From: an uncultured Acidobacteriota bacterium
GTDB taxonomy: Bacteria > Acidobacteriota > Polarisedimenticolia > Polarisedimenticolales > DASRJG01
DNA length: 64,000 bases
Reading direction: 5' to 3'
Assembly (NCBI GenBank): GCA_964383585.1
Contig: CAYLHQ010000023.1
Coordinates: forward strand, 2,707 to 66,706
Shown here: positions 37,157 to 45,782 of the stretch, in pieces
Layout: each line of letters starts with the position of its first letter
Numbering within the stretch: position 1 is the first letter of the stretch
Position numbers and translations under genes: made by a program
Notes under the pieces: model-generated
Seen by the model: only the letters and a program-made list of their open reading frames with translations
Told to the model about the DNA's origin: nothing
Databases searched by the model: none

Positions 37157-38551
37157 TCATCCCACTTGCTTGTTCTTCGTCCACCTCGGGTTCTTGATCT
37201 CGTACTTCGCGACCTTGTAGTTCATGACGCGCGACGAGATCCCGAGGAACTGCGCGGCGTCCTTCTGGACCCAGTTGCTGATGCGGAGCGCCTCGAGGAT
37301 CGCCTGCCGCTCCAGCTCGTCGAGGGGAATACCGTTCGGCGGGAGACGCAGGTTGAGCGACGCGACGTTGTCGCCGCCCCCGGCGCGATTCTCCGACCCG
37401 ACGTGCAGGTCCTCCTCGGTGACGTAGCGCCCCTCGGCCATCAGCACGGCCCGCTCGACGGCGTTTTCGAGCTCGCGGATGTTCCCCGGCCAGGTGTGAC
37501 GCTTCAGCGCCCGGACGGCGCTCGGGTCGAGGCCGCGGACGTCCTTGTGCAGTTCCCGCCCGAACCTCTCGATGAAATGGGTCGCGAGGGGGACGATGTC
37601 TTCCTTCCGCTCCCGGAGCGGCGGAACGGTGATCGTCACGACGTTGAGCCGATAGTAGAGGTCCTCGCGGAACTCGCCGCGCTGGATCGCGTCCTCGAGG
37701 TTCTTGTTGGTGGCGGCGACGAGGCGCACGTCGACCTTGACGGTGCGCGAGCCTCCGAGCCGCTCGAACTCGCGCTCCTGGAGGACGCGCAGCACCTTCG
37801 TCTGCGTCGACGCCGTCATGTTCCCGATCTCATCGAGGAACAGGGTCCCCTCGTTCGCGAGCTCGAACCGCCCGATCCGCTGCCGATCGGCTCCGGTGTA
37901 GGCCCCGCGCTCGTGGCCGAAGAGTTCCGACTCGAGGAGGTTCTCGTGCAGAGCCGCACAGTTCATCTTCACGAACGATCGGTGCGCGCGGCTCGAGTTC
38001 CGGTGGAGCGCCTCGGCGACGAGTTCCTTCCCGACCCCCGTCTCCCCGAGGATCAGGACGGTGGCGTTCGACCGTGCGACCTTCTCGATCGTGCGGAAGA
38101 TCTCTTTCATCTGGGGACTCTCCCCCACGATGTTCTCGAACGAGGGAACCAGGGAGTTTCGGTCCTGGGCCTGGAGCCGGGCGAGGAGCCTCCGGTGCTC
38201 GAGCGCCTTTTCGACCTTCAGCTCGAGTTCTTCGAGGTCGAACGGCTTGAGCACGTAGTCGTGAGCCCCCGCCTTCATCGCCTCGACCGCCGACTCGACC
38301 GTCCCGTAGGCGGTCATCATGATCCCGACCGTCCCGTCGTTGATCATCTTGCAGCGCTTGAGGACGTCGAGCCCGCTGCGCTCGGGCATCTTGTAGTCGG
38401 TGACGAGGACGTCGAAGACCTCCTCCTCGAGGTGGCGGACCGCCTCGGTGCCGTCCGGGGCCTCGGTGACCTCCCAGCCCCGCTCGCGGAACGCCGTGGC
38501 GATCCCTTCGCGGAGGGTCGGCTCGTCCTCGGCCACGAGAATCTTCTTCAT
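37157..38551 (-). CDS. Sigma-54-dependent response regulator (NtrC/AtoC family)
   Basis: Canonical receiver (AEDE, VTDYKMP, KPF), GETGVGKE, GAYTGA, WPGNIREL, HTH. Confidence 0.95.
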   Translation of the reverse strand: MKKILVAEDEPTLREGIATAFRERGWEVTEAPDGTEAVRHLEEEVFDVLVTDYKMPERSGLDVLKRCKMINDGTVGIMMTAYGTVESAVEAMKAGAHDYVLKPFDLEELELKVEKALEHRRLLARLQAQDRNSLVPSFENIVGESPQMKEIFRTIEKVARSNATVLILGETGVGKELVAEALHRNSSRAHRSFVKMNCAALHENLLESELFGHERGAYTGADRQRIGRFELANEGTLFLDEIGNMTASTQTKVLRVLQEREFERLGGSRTVKVDVRLVAATNKNLEDAIQRGEFREDLYYRLNVVTITVPPLRERKEDIVPLATHFIERFGRELHKDVRGLDPSAVRALKRHTWPGNIRELENAVERAVLMAEGRYVTEEDLHVGSENRAGGGDNVASLNLRLPPNGIPLDELERQAILEALRISNWVQKDAAQFLGISSRVMNYKVAKYEIKNPRWTKNKQVG

Positions 38552-39732
38552 CGAATTGCCCCCTCGAGCGTCCGCACGGCGACCGGCAGGCGGACGGTGA
38601 AGACCGTCCCCTCTCCCTTCCGGCTGTGTACGTCGATGAGTCCGCGGTGGGAGTCCACGATCTTCCGGGCCATCGCGAGGCCCACCCCGGACCCCTGCTT
38701 CTTGGTGGTGAAGAACGGATAGAAGAGCTTGTCGGCGTGCTCCTCCGCGATCCCGCATCCGGTGTCGGCGACACGGACCACGGCGTAGCGATCGAATCCC
38801 GTCCAAGGGTCGGCGGGCGCGGGGCCCGCCGGCCGGTACGGCACGGTCGGTCCTGCAGGGGCCGGCACCGATCCGGTCTCGACCGAGAGCGTCCCCTCGT
38901 CTCCCATCGCCTCCATCGCGTTGAGAAAGAGGTTCTCGAAGACCTGGCGCAGTTGGCCGCGGTCCATGAGCATCTCGCCCGGGTCGGCGCCGTACGCGCG
39001 GACGACGCGGATCCCCGGCCGCCCGCACCGTCCGACGGCGGTCGCGAGCGCCTCGTCGAGCACGTCGGTGAGCCGAGCCTCGGAGAGGTTGAGCGACACC
39101 GGACGGACGAACTCCAGGCTCGACGTGATCGTCCGGTTGAGGCGGCGGACTTCCGCGATGATCTTCTCGAGGAGATCGCGCTCGGCCCCTTGCGCCCCCA
39201 TCCTCCGCTTCAGGAGCGAGCAGGAGACCTCGATCGAGGCGAGCGGGTTCCGGATCTCGTGCGCGAGATTCGCGGCCATCTGCCCGAGCGCCGCGAGCCG
39301 GTCTTTGAGCCGCTCCTGCTCCTCCTTGTGCTCGACGTGGGTGAGATCCTTGAAGAAGATCGCAGCACCCTCCACGGAGCCGTCTTCCGCGCGGACGAGC
39401 GACAGGGTGAACCCGATCGTCTTCCCGCAATCGGATCGACTTCGCACGTCGATCTCGGCGCGGTTCGGCAGGCTCGCCATCGCGAACGACTCGCGGAGGA
39501 TCTGGGCGAGTTGCGGGTGACCGGCGAGGACCTCCTCGACGGAGGCCCCCTCGCGTGTCCCGGGTTCGAGTTCGAGGATCTGCCGGGCGTGGTCGTTGAG
39601 CATCACGACCGTCCCGGCCCGATCGATCGTCAGGATGCCGCAGCGCATCCCCTCGATCAGCCGGCGGTGGAATGCCCCCGTTCCCTGTCCGTCCGGAAGG
39701 GGTTCCGCCACACGTCGAACCGGAGACTTCAC
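38548..39732 (-). CDS. Cytoplasmic PAS-domain sensor histidine kinase
   Basis: PAS region, AHEIRNPLASI, NLFLNAMEAM, DTGCGI, FFTTK, GSGVGLA. No obvious TM helix. Start uncertain (GTG 39732 or 39711). Confidence 0.9.
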   Translation of the reverse strand: MKSPVRRVAEPLPDGQGTGAFHRRLIEGMRCGILTIDRAGTVVMLNDHARQILELEPGTREGASVEEVLAGHPQLAQILRESFAMASLPNRAEIDVRSRSDCGKTIGFTLSLVRAEDGSVEGAAIFFKDLTHVEHKEEQERLKDRLAALGQMAANLAHEIRNPLASIEVSCSLLKRRMGAQGAERDLLEKIIAEVRRLNRTITSSLEFVRPVSLNLSEARLTDVLDEALATAVGRCGRPGIRVVRAYGADPGEMLMDRGQLRQVFENLFLNAMEAMGDEGTLSVETGSVPAPAGPTVPYRPAGPAPADPWTGFDRYAVVRVADTGCGIAEEHADKLFYPFFTTKKQGSGVGLAMARKIVDSHRGLIDVHSRKGEGTVFTVRLPVAVRTLEGAIR

Positions 39733-39845
39733 GCGCCGAGCCCCTCCCCACCCGCGATCGATCGACCCTTCGCCGGCCTTACCTCCGGCGCCCGCGACAA
39801 AATCTAGGCACCGATCGCCCCGAGGCAAGGCGGGCGGGAATGTCG

Positions 39846-40409
39846 CTACCGTTGCCCCGTGACGACGCCGGTTTCCCAGGTGATACCGGCCTTCGACTGC
39901 GGCGGTGTCTGCCCGTCGAAGAGCGCCGCGTTCTCGAAGGTCAGGCGGAAGCTCCCCACCTCCTTGACCCGGAAGCTGAGGCGGATCATCGGTGCGGGCG
40001 TCGAGACGTTCACCGTACCGACGTTCCCGTTCCTGGAGACTCCGGCCACGACGCGCCCCGCGACCGGGTTCTCGACCTGGTAGGTCGGGGTGTGGCTCCC
40101 CTGCTCGAAGACGGTGCCGGCGGAATGGCCGAGATAGGTCAGCTTCGTCGAGTCGAAAGTCACGTCGAAGGCCGCGGCGTAAAGCCCCGTCGTCTGCGAG
40201 ACGTTGACGTGGACCGTGACCGAGTCCCCGCTCTTCGAACCTTCCGCCATGGCGACCGTGTTCGAGCCGGGAGACGGCTCGTCGGCGACGAAGGCTGCGA
40301 GGAGCGGAGGGGTCGTCACCCCGCCCGAGGAATCGCCGCCTCCTCCGCCTCCGCAGGCGGTCGCGACGGCGAGGAGAGCGAACGAACACGCGGTCGAAAA
40401 GCGCCCCAT
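39846..40409 (-). CDS. Cohesin-domain lipoprotein
   Basis: Lipobox VATAC plus Gly linker. GDSVTVHVNV..TGLYAAAFDVTFDSTKLTY...IRLSFRVKEVG...LTFENAALFD matches the cohesin pattern. Confidence 0.75.
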   Translation of the reverse strand: MGRFSTACSFALLAVATACGGGGGGDSSGGVTTPPLLAAFVADEPSPGSNTVAMAEGSKSGDSVTVHVNVSQTTGLYAAAFDVTFDSTKLTYLGHSAGTVFEQGSHTPTYQVENPVAGRVVAGVSRNGNVGTVNVSTPAPMIRLSFRVKEVGSFRLTFENAALFDGQTPPQSKAGITWETGVVTGQR

Positions 40410-40426
40410 GGAATTCCCCTCTCGGT

Positions 40427-41263
40427 TCAGCGGAGGTTGGCGGGACAGGCTGAAACCGCCCAGCCCGCGCCGTCCCAGCAACGCCCCATGTTGCTGGCAA
40501 GATAAGCCAGATCCTGCCCGTCAACCCAGCCGTCCCCGTCGAAATCGAAGTCGGGATCGTAAAGGGCGGTGCCCTCGTTCCCGCCGAACATCCGGGCCAT
40601 CCAGACGGTGTCCTTGCCGTCGAGGCGGTTCCGCGTCGCCGTGTCGGATTGATTCACGTCGAAGCGGGCCGGGTTGACGACCACCGTGAAGGCGTCCGAC
40701 TTCTGTCCGAAGACGTCGTCGGGGTTCGCGACGGTGACGTCGATCGCCCCGATTCCCGCGGGCCTCACGTTCGCCGCGGTCGGTTCGACCGTCGCGAGCA
40801 CCTGCATCCGGCCGCACGCGAGAACCTGGGTCGAGGCGAGGCGGACATGGGGGTTGTCGAACTCGATCACCGCGCCGTTCTGGAAGTTCGTGCCCGTGAG
40901 CTCGATGACGAGCTGGTCCCCCTGCTTCGCGGACGAAGGGGTCGCCGCGGTGACCACCGGACGCGGCCAGCCGGCGATCTCCTGGGAGAACTGGTCGGAC
41001 TCGCCGGCGGAGTTGTACGCCTTGACCGCGACGTACCAGGTCGTGCAGTCCTGGAGATTCTGGAGGGTCGCGCTCGTGGAGGACGTTTGAAGGGGATTCG
41101 ATCCGTACACCCCTGACTGCGTCCCGTAGTAAACGCGATAGCCGTTCGCTCCGGGAACGGGGTCCCAGGCGATCGAGATCGTCCCCGCGGCGGCGGGGAG
41201 CGCCGCGGCGAGGAGGAAAGCGGTGCCGGCGATCACGGCGATGCGCGGGGGGAAGCGTCGCAT
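40427..41263 (-). CDS. Secreted FnIII + IPT/TIG + dockerin-like domain protein
   Basis: Signal peptide. FnIII (ISIAWDPVPGANGYRVYYG...YVAVKAYNSAGES), IPT (PVVTAATP...LTGTNF), paired Ca-binding repeats DVNQS...LDGKDTVWMARMFG and DFDGDGWVDGQDLAYLASNMG. Confidence 0.78.
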   Translation of the reverse strand: MRRFPPRIAVIAGTAFLLAAALPAAAGTISIAWDPVPGANGYRVYYGTQSGVYGSNPLQTSSTSATLQNLQDCTTWYVAVKAYNSAGESDQFSQEIAGWPRPVVTAATPSSAKQGDQLVIELTGTNFQNGAVIEFDNPHVRLASTQVLACGRMQVLATVEPTAANVRPAGIGAIDVTVANPDDVFGQKSDAFTVVVNPARFDVNQSDTATRNRLDGKDTVWMARMFGGNEGTALYDPDFDFDGDGWVDGQDLAYLASNMGRCWDGAGWAVSACPANLR

Positions 41264-41325
41264 CCGTCGGTCTCCTTTTCGGTCCGGTCCTTGGCGCCCC
41301 GGGGGAGGCGCTCGGAGCCCTGCAG

Positions 41326-41341
41326 GGCAAGGTGGGTGCCA
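41326..41341 (-). promoter_or_regulatory. Sigma-54 (-24/-12) promoter
   Basis: Minus strand TGGCACCCACCTTGCC, a match to TGGCAC-N5-TTGC, about 65 bp upstream of ATG 41263. Confidence 0.8.
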
Positions 41342-41592
41342 GGAGGCCGGCCGTGCCGACAATGCCGACGCGATTTCCTAAGTCCCCCTATTTCCATGAG
41401 TTAGGAACGAGCCGCGAAGCGGAACCGGGCCCTGACCGGGTCCTTCGACGTACGCTCGGGTACGGATCTGTAATTCCTACCGGCTGGCTGTAATTATTGG
41501 ATGGTTGCGGCGCCGTCGGCATGCCTCGAATCCGTCCCAATACGGGCGTGCTAGGATCTGCCGATTCCGGCCCTTTTTCAGGAGAACCCCCG

Positions 41593-42726
41593 TTGGACAT
41601 CCGGATCCCGCTCTCCCGCCCCGACCTCGACGAGACCGACTTCGACGCGGTCTCCCGGGTCCTCCGTACCGACATCCTGAGCCTGGGGCCGACGGGGCCG
41701 GCCTTCGAGGAGGCGATCGCCGCCTACACGGGGGCGCGCCACGCGGTGGCGGTCAACAGCGGCACGAGCGGCCTCCACCTCGCGGTGATCGCCCTCGGGA
41801 TCGGGGCCGGGGACGAGGTGGTGACGACCCCCTTCTCCTTCGTCGCTTCGACGAACTGCTTCCTCTTCGAGGGAGCGACGCCGGTCTTCGCCGACATCGA
41901 CCCCGACACCTGGGATCTCGATCCATCGGCGGCCGAGGCCGCGATCACGGGACGAACGCGCGCTCTCCTCCCGGTCCACGTCTTCGGGAGGCCGTGCAAG
42001 ATCGAGGCGTTCGTCGCGCTCGGCCGGAAACGGGGGCTCGCGGTCCTCGAGGACCCGTGCGAGTCGCTCGGCTCGACGGTCGGCGGGAAGATGACCGGCA
42101 CCTTCGGCGACGCGGGGGTCTACGCCTTCTACCCGAACAAGCAGATCACGACGGGGGAAGGAGGGGTCCTCGTGACCGACCGCGAGGAGATCGCGGCCCT
42201 TTGCCGGAGCCTGCGAAACCAGGGTCGCGGCGCGGGAGGGGGCTGGCTCGAGCACGAGCGGATGGGATTCAACTACCGCCTCGCCGATCTCAACGCGGCG
42301 CTCGGCCTATCCCAGCTCCGGCGTATCGAGACCTTCATCGAGATGCGCGCGCGGGTGCACGCCCTTTACGGCGAGGCCCTCGCGGACGTCCCCGAGGTGA
42401 TCGTGCCTGCCCCCGCGCGCCCGGGAGAGCGCATCTCCTGGTTCGTCTACGTCGTTCGCCTCGCGGATCGATTCACCCGCGAGGACCGCGACCGCGTCCT
42501 CGTCGAGCTGCGGCGGCGCGGAATCGCCTGCCGGAACTACTTCGTCCCGATCCATCTCCAGCCCTACATGCGGGAGCGGTTCGGTTTCCGCGAAGGGATG
42601 TTCCCGGTGACCGAGGCGGTGAGCGCCCGGACGATCTCCCTCCCCTTCCACAACCGGATCACCGAGGGGGAGATCGCGGAGACCGCCGCGGCCCTCCGGG
42701 CGGCAATCGCGGCGGTCGAACGCTAG
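41593..42726 (+). CDS. DegT/DnrJ/EryC1/StrS family nucleotide-sugar aminotransferase
   Basis: NSGTSGLHLA, PVHVFG, YAFYPNKQITTGEGG, GFNYRL. TTG start after CAGGAG. Confidence 0.93.
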   Translation: MDIRIPLSRPDLDETDFDAVSRVLRTDILSLGPTGPAFEEAIAAYTGARHAVAVNSGTSGLHLAVIALGIGAGDEVVTTPFSFVASTNCFLFEGATPVFADIDPDTWDLDPSAAEAAITGRTRALLPVHVFGRPCKIEAFVALGRKRGLAVLEDPCESLGSTVGGKMTGTFGDAGVYAFYPNKQITTGEGGVLVTDREEIAALCRSLRNQGRGAGGGWLEHERMGFNYRLADLNAALGLSQLRRIETFIEMRARVHALYGEALADVPEVIVPAPARPGERISWFVYVVRLADRFTREDRDRVLVELRRRGIACRNYFVPIHLQPYMRERFGFREGMFPVTEAVSARTISLPFHNRITEGEIAETAAALRAAIAAVER

Positions 42727-42727
42727 A

Positions 42728-44278
42728 TTGGGCCCCGTGGAACCGTTCCTCCTGCACGAGTTCCTCTCCCGGTCGGCCGACCGGGACCCGTCCGCTCCGG
42801 TCCTCGTGCAGGGGGTGTCCCGCGTTTCTTACGGCGAAGTCGAGAGCGAGGCGAACCGGATCGCCCGCCTCCTCCGCGAGGAAGGGATCGCGCGCGGAGA
42901 CCGCGTCGGCGTCCTCGACGACAACGGCCCGTTCTACGTCGCGGCGTACTACGGCGTGCTCAAGGCGGGGGCGATCGCCGTTCCGCTCAACACCCACCTC
43001 GACCCGCACTCCCTCCGCACCCAGCTCGTCGATTGCGAGGCGCGGGCGCTCGCGGCCGGGACCCGACTCGCCAACCTCGCGCGCCGGTCGATCGAGGGGA
43101 CCCCCTCGGTCGAGTTGCTCCTCTCCCCCGCGCCGGTCGAGGCGAAGGTCCGCGTCCGCACGCGCGGGGACTGGTCGTCCCTCGACGGCGCCTCGGCCCC
43201 GGGGGTCGCGCTCCTCGACCTCGACCGCGCCTCGATCGTCTACACGTCGGGAAGCACCGGGAAGCCGAAAGGCGCGACCCTCACCCACCTGAACCTCGTC
43301 GCGAACACGAGGAGCATCGTCCGCTACCTCGGCCTGACCGCGGCCGACCGGATGCTCGTCGTCCTCCCGTTCTTCTACGTCTATGGGAAATCGCTCCTCA
43401 ACACCCACGTCGCGGCGGGGGGAAGCCTGGTCCTCGAAAACCGATTCCTCTTCCCCCAACTCGCGGTCGACGCGATGGAGCGGGAGGAGGCGACCGGCTT
43501 CGCCGGGGTTCCCTCGACCTTCGCGATCCTGCTCGACCGGACGAACGTCGCGAGGAAGCGCCTCCCCGCGCTCCGCTACCTGACGCAGGCCGGCGGAGCG
43601 ATGGCTCCCGCGACGATCCGCCGGGTCCTCGAAACGTTCCCGGGAAAGAAGCTCTGGATCATGTACGGGGCGACCGAGGCCGGGGCGCGCCTGACGTACC
43701 TCCCGCCGGAGGACCTCCCGCGGAAGATCGGCTCCATCGGGATCGCGATCCCGAACGTCGAGATGCGCGTCCTCCGGAGGGACGGCACCGAGGCGGCGCC
43801 GAACGAGGAGGGAGAACTGGTCGCGCGGGGTTCGAACCTCATGGAGGGGTACTGGAACGACCCCGAGGAGACGGCGCGCGTCCTCGACGGTAACGGGTAC
43901 CACACCGGCGACCTCGGCCGCCGCGACGAGGATGGCTACTTTTGGGTCCTCGGCCGTACCCGGGAGATGATCAAGAGCGGCGCCCATCGGATCTCCCCGA
44001 AGGAGATCGAGGAGGCGATCCTCGAGCACCCGGGGGTTTCGGAAGCGGCGGTGATCGGCGTTCCCGACCCGCTCCTCGGTGAGGCGATCCGGGCTTATGT
44101 CGTCCCCCGCGCCGGCGCGGCGTTGAGCGGGGAAGAACTGGGGACATTCCTCAAAGACCGCCTCGCCGCCTACAAGATTCCGGGCCGATTCGTGACGCTC
44201 GAAGCACTCCCCAAGAGCGCCGCAGGAAAGATCCGGAAGGACCGCCTGCGCGAGCAGGCGGCGGAGGAACGGACGTGA
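42728..44278 (+). CDS. AMP-forming acyl-CoA/acyl-ACP ligase (ANL family)
   Basis: YTSGSTGKPKG, MYGATE, YHTGDLG, SGAHRISPKEIE, LPKSAAGKI. Confidence 0.92.
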   Translation: MGPVEPFLLHEFLSRSADRDPSAPVLVQGVSRVSYGEVESEANRIARLLREEGIARGDRVGVLDDNGPFYVAAYYGVLKAGAIAVPLNTHLDPHSLRTQLVDCEARALAAGTRLANLARRSIEGTPSVELLLSPAPVEAKVRVRTRGDWSSLDGASAPGVALLDLDRASIVYTSGSTGKPKGATLTHLNLVANTRSIVRYLGLTAADRMLVVLPFFYVYGKSLLNTHVAAGGSLVLENRFLFPQLAVDAMEREEATGFAGVPSTFAILLDRTNVARKRLPALRYLTQAGGAMAPATIRRVLETFPGKKLWIMYGATEAGARLTYLPPEDLPRKIGSIGIAIPNVEMRVLRRDGTEAAPNEEGELVARGSNLMEGYWNDPEETARVLDGNGYHTGDLGRRDEDGYFWVLGRTREMIKSGAHRISPKEIEEAILEHPGVSEAAVIGVPDPLLGEAIRAYVVPRAGAALSGEELGTFLKDRLAAYKIPGRFVTLEALPKSAAGKIRKDRLREQAAEERT

Positions 44279-44514
44279 GCCAGGAAACCCTCGATCGGGT
44301 CGCGACGATCGTCGCCGGGGTTCTTCCTCCGGGGACGTCGCGGCCGGGTCCGAAGGACGATCTCCTCGATCTCGGCCTCGACTCGGTCGGGATGATCACC
44401 CTCTTGGGCGAAGTCGAGGCGGCATTCGGCCTCGCGATCCCCCCGGAGGACGTGATGCCGGAGAACTTCGCGAACGTCGCGGCGATCGCGGAGCTGGTCG
44501 AGAGGATCAGGTAG
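44275..44514 (+). CDS. Acyl carrier protein
   Basis: DLGLDSVG phosphopantetheine site. Overlaps the ligase stop. Confidence 0.9.
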   Translation: MSQETLDRVATIVAGVLPPGTSRPGPKDDLLDLGLDSVGMITLLGEVEAAFGLAIPPEDVMPENFANVAAIAELVERIR

Positions 44515-45142
44515 GGGGAATTGCCCGCGCCGGGTTCCCGAACACGGTGACTCCCGCGGGAACGTCCCTCAGAACCACGGCCCCCGCCCCCACGACGGCG
44601 CCGTTCCCCACCGAGAGCGACGGGAGGACCGTCGCGTTTGCGTGGATCTGGCATCCCTCGCCGACCGTCACCTTCCCGAGGAGGTTCACTCCGGGGGCCA
44701 CCGTGGAGTAGTCGCCCAGCACGACGTGGTGTCCGACCGTGGCGTTCAGGTTGACCGTCACGTGGGCACCGAGGCGCGCCTCGTAGACGATCGCAACCCC
44801 GGCGTTGACGATCGAGCCCGGCCCGATCGAGACGCTCGGCGAAAGCGACGCCGTCGGGTGGACCGCGGTCGCCCAGCGCGCCCCCGCGGCGTCGAGCTTC
44901 CCGGCGAGCTTCCGCTTCGCGCCCGGCGCGGCGATCGCGAGGAGGACCCGCGCGTCGAGGGAGGAGAGGTTCGCCGCGAGCCAGTCGGTCGTCCCGAGCA
45001 CCGGAATCCCGAGAACCGGGCCGGCCTCCGGGTCGTCGTCCGCGAAGCCGACGACCTCCGCCCCTCCGATCCGCATCAGGATCTCGAGGACCCCGCGTCC
45101 GTGGTCCCCCGCCCCGACGAGCACGATCCGCTCAGCGCCCAT
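44507..45142 (-). CDS. NeuD/PglD-family sugar acetyltransferase (hexapeptide repeats)
   Basis: LVGAGDHGR, VHPTASLS, LNATVGHHVVLG, VFGNPAR. Confidence 0.9.
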   Translation of the reverse strand: MGAERIVLVGAGDHGRGVLEILMRIGGAEVVGFADDDPEAGPVLGIPVLGTTDWLAANLSSLDARVLLAIAAPGAKRKLAGKLDAAGARWATAVHPTASLSPSVSIGPGSIVNAGVAIVYEARLGAHVTVNLNATVGHHVVLGDYSTVAPGVNLLGKVTVGEGCQIHANATVLPSLSVGNGAVVGAGAVVLRDVPAGVTVFGNPARAIPPT

Positions 45143-45782
45143 CGCGCGCCTCCCGCTCCTTCGCCCGTTCCTTCCAGTAATCGCGGCCCGCGATCATGTC
45201 CTGCCCTTTCAGGATCGACGGGATGGTGAGAAGGATGATCTTCAGGTCCATTGCGAGGGAGACCCGTTCGACGTACTCGAGGTCGAGTTCGATCCGGCGC
45301 GGCCACTCGATCGAGTTCCTTCCGTTGACCTGCGCCCAGCCGGTCACCCCCGGCTTGACGAGAAGGCGGCGGCGCTGGACGTCGTCGTAGAGCTCCACCT
45401 GGTAGCGGAGGCCGGGCCGCGGTCCGACGACGCTCATCTCCCCCGTGACCACGTTGAAGAGCTGCGGGATCTCGTCGAGGCTCGCTTTTCGGATGATTCT
45501 CCCGACCCGCGTCACCCTCGGATCGCCCTTTTCGACGAGCGCTCCCGCTCCCCTGTGCTCCGCCCCGACGACCATCGAGCGAAACTTCCACAGACGGAAG
45601 GGCCGGCCGTTCCGCCCGATCCGTTCCTGCCGGTAAAACGCCCCCCCGCGGGATTCGAGCACGATCGCGAGGGCGACGAGGAGCCAGAGGGGCGAAAGGA
45701 GGGCGAGCGCGGCGAGAGACACCACGAGATCGAGGACGCGCTTTCCGAACCGAACGTAGACGGTCGGCTTCGGGCCGCTCAT
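45132..45782 (-). CDS. Initiating sugar-phosphate transferase (PglC/WcaJ/EpsL type)
   Basis: KRVLDL, KFRSM, SLDEIPQLFNV, SVVGPRP, KPGVTGWAQVNGRN. Confidence 0.93.
   Translation of the reverse strand: MSGPKPTVYVRFGKRVLDLVVSLAALALLSPLWLLVALAIVLESRGGAFYRQERIGRNGRPFRLWKFRSMVVGAEHRGAGALVEKGDPRVTRVGRIIRKASLDEIPQLFNVVTGEMSVVGPRPGLRYQVELYDDVQRRRLLVKPGVTGWAQVNGRNSIEWPRRIELDLEYVERVSLAMDLKIILLTIPSILKGQDMIAGRDYWKERAKEREARDGR

Noticed and set aside
37157-39732. PrsK/PrsR regulators of a PEP-CTERM/exosortase system
   Set aside because: The kinase lacks the membrane and GAF region expected of PrsK, and no exosortase or PEP-CTERM tail is visible in the window. It cannot be excluded for the rest of the genome.
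41401-41590. JUMPstart/ops element ahead of the polysaccharide genes
   Set aside because: No GGCGGTAG-type ops motif was found. There is only a lower-GC stretch with a ctgtaatt direct repeat, too weak to call.
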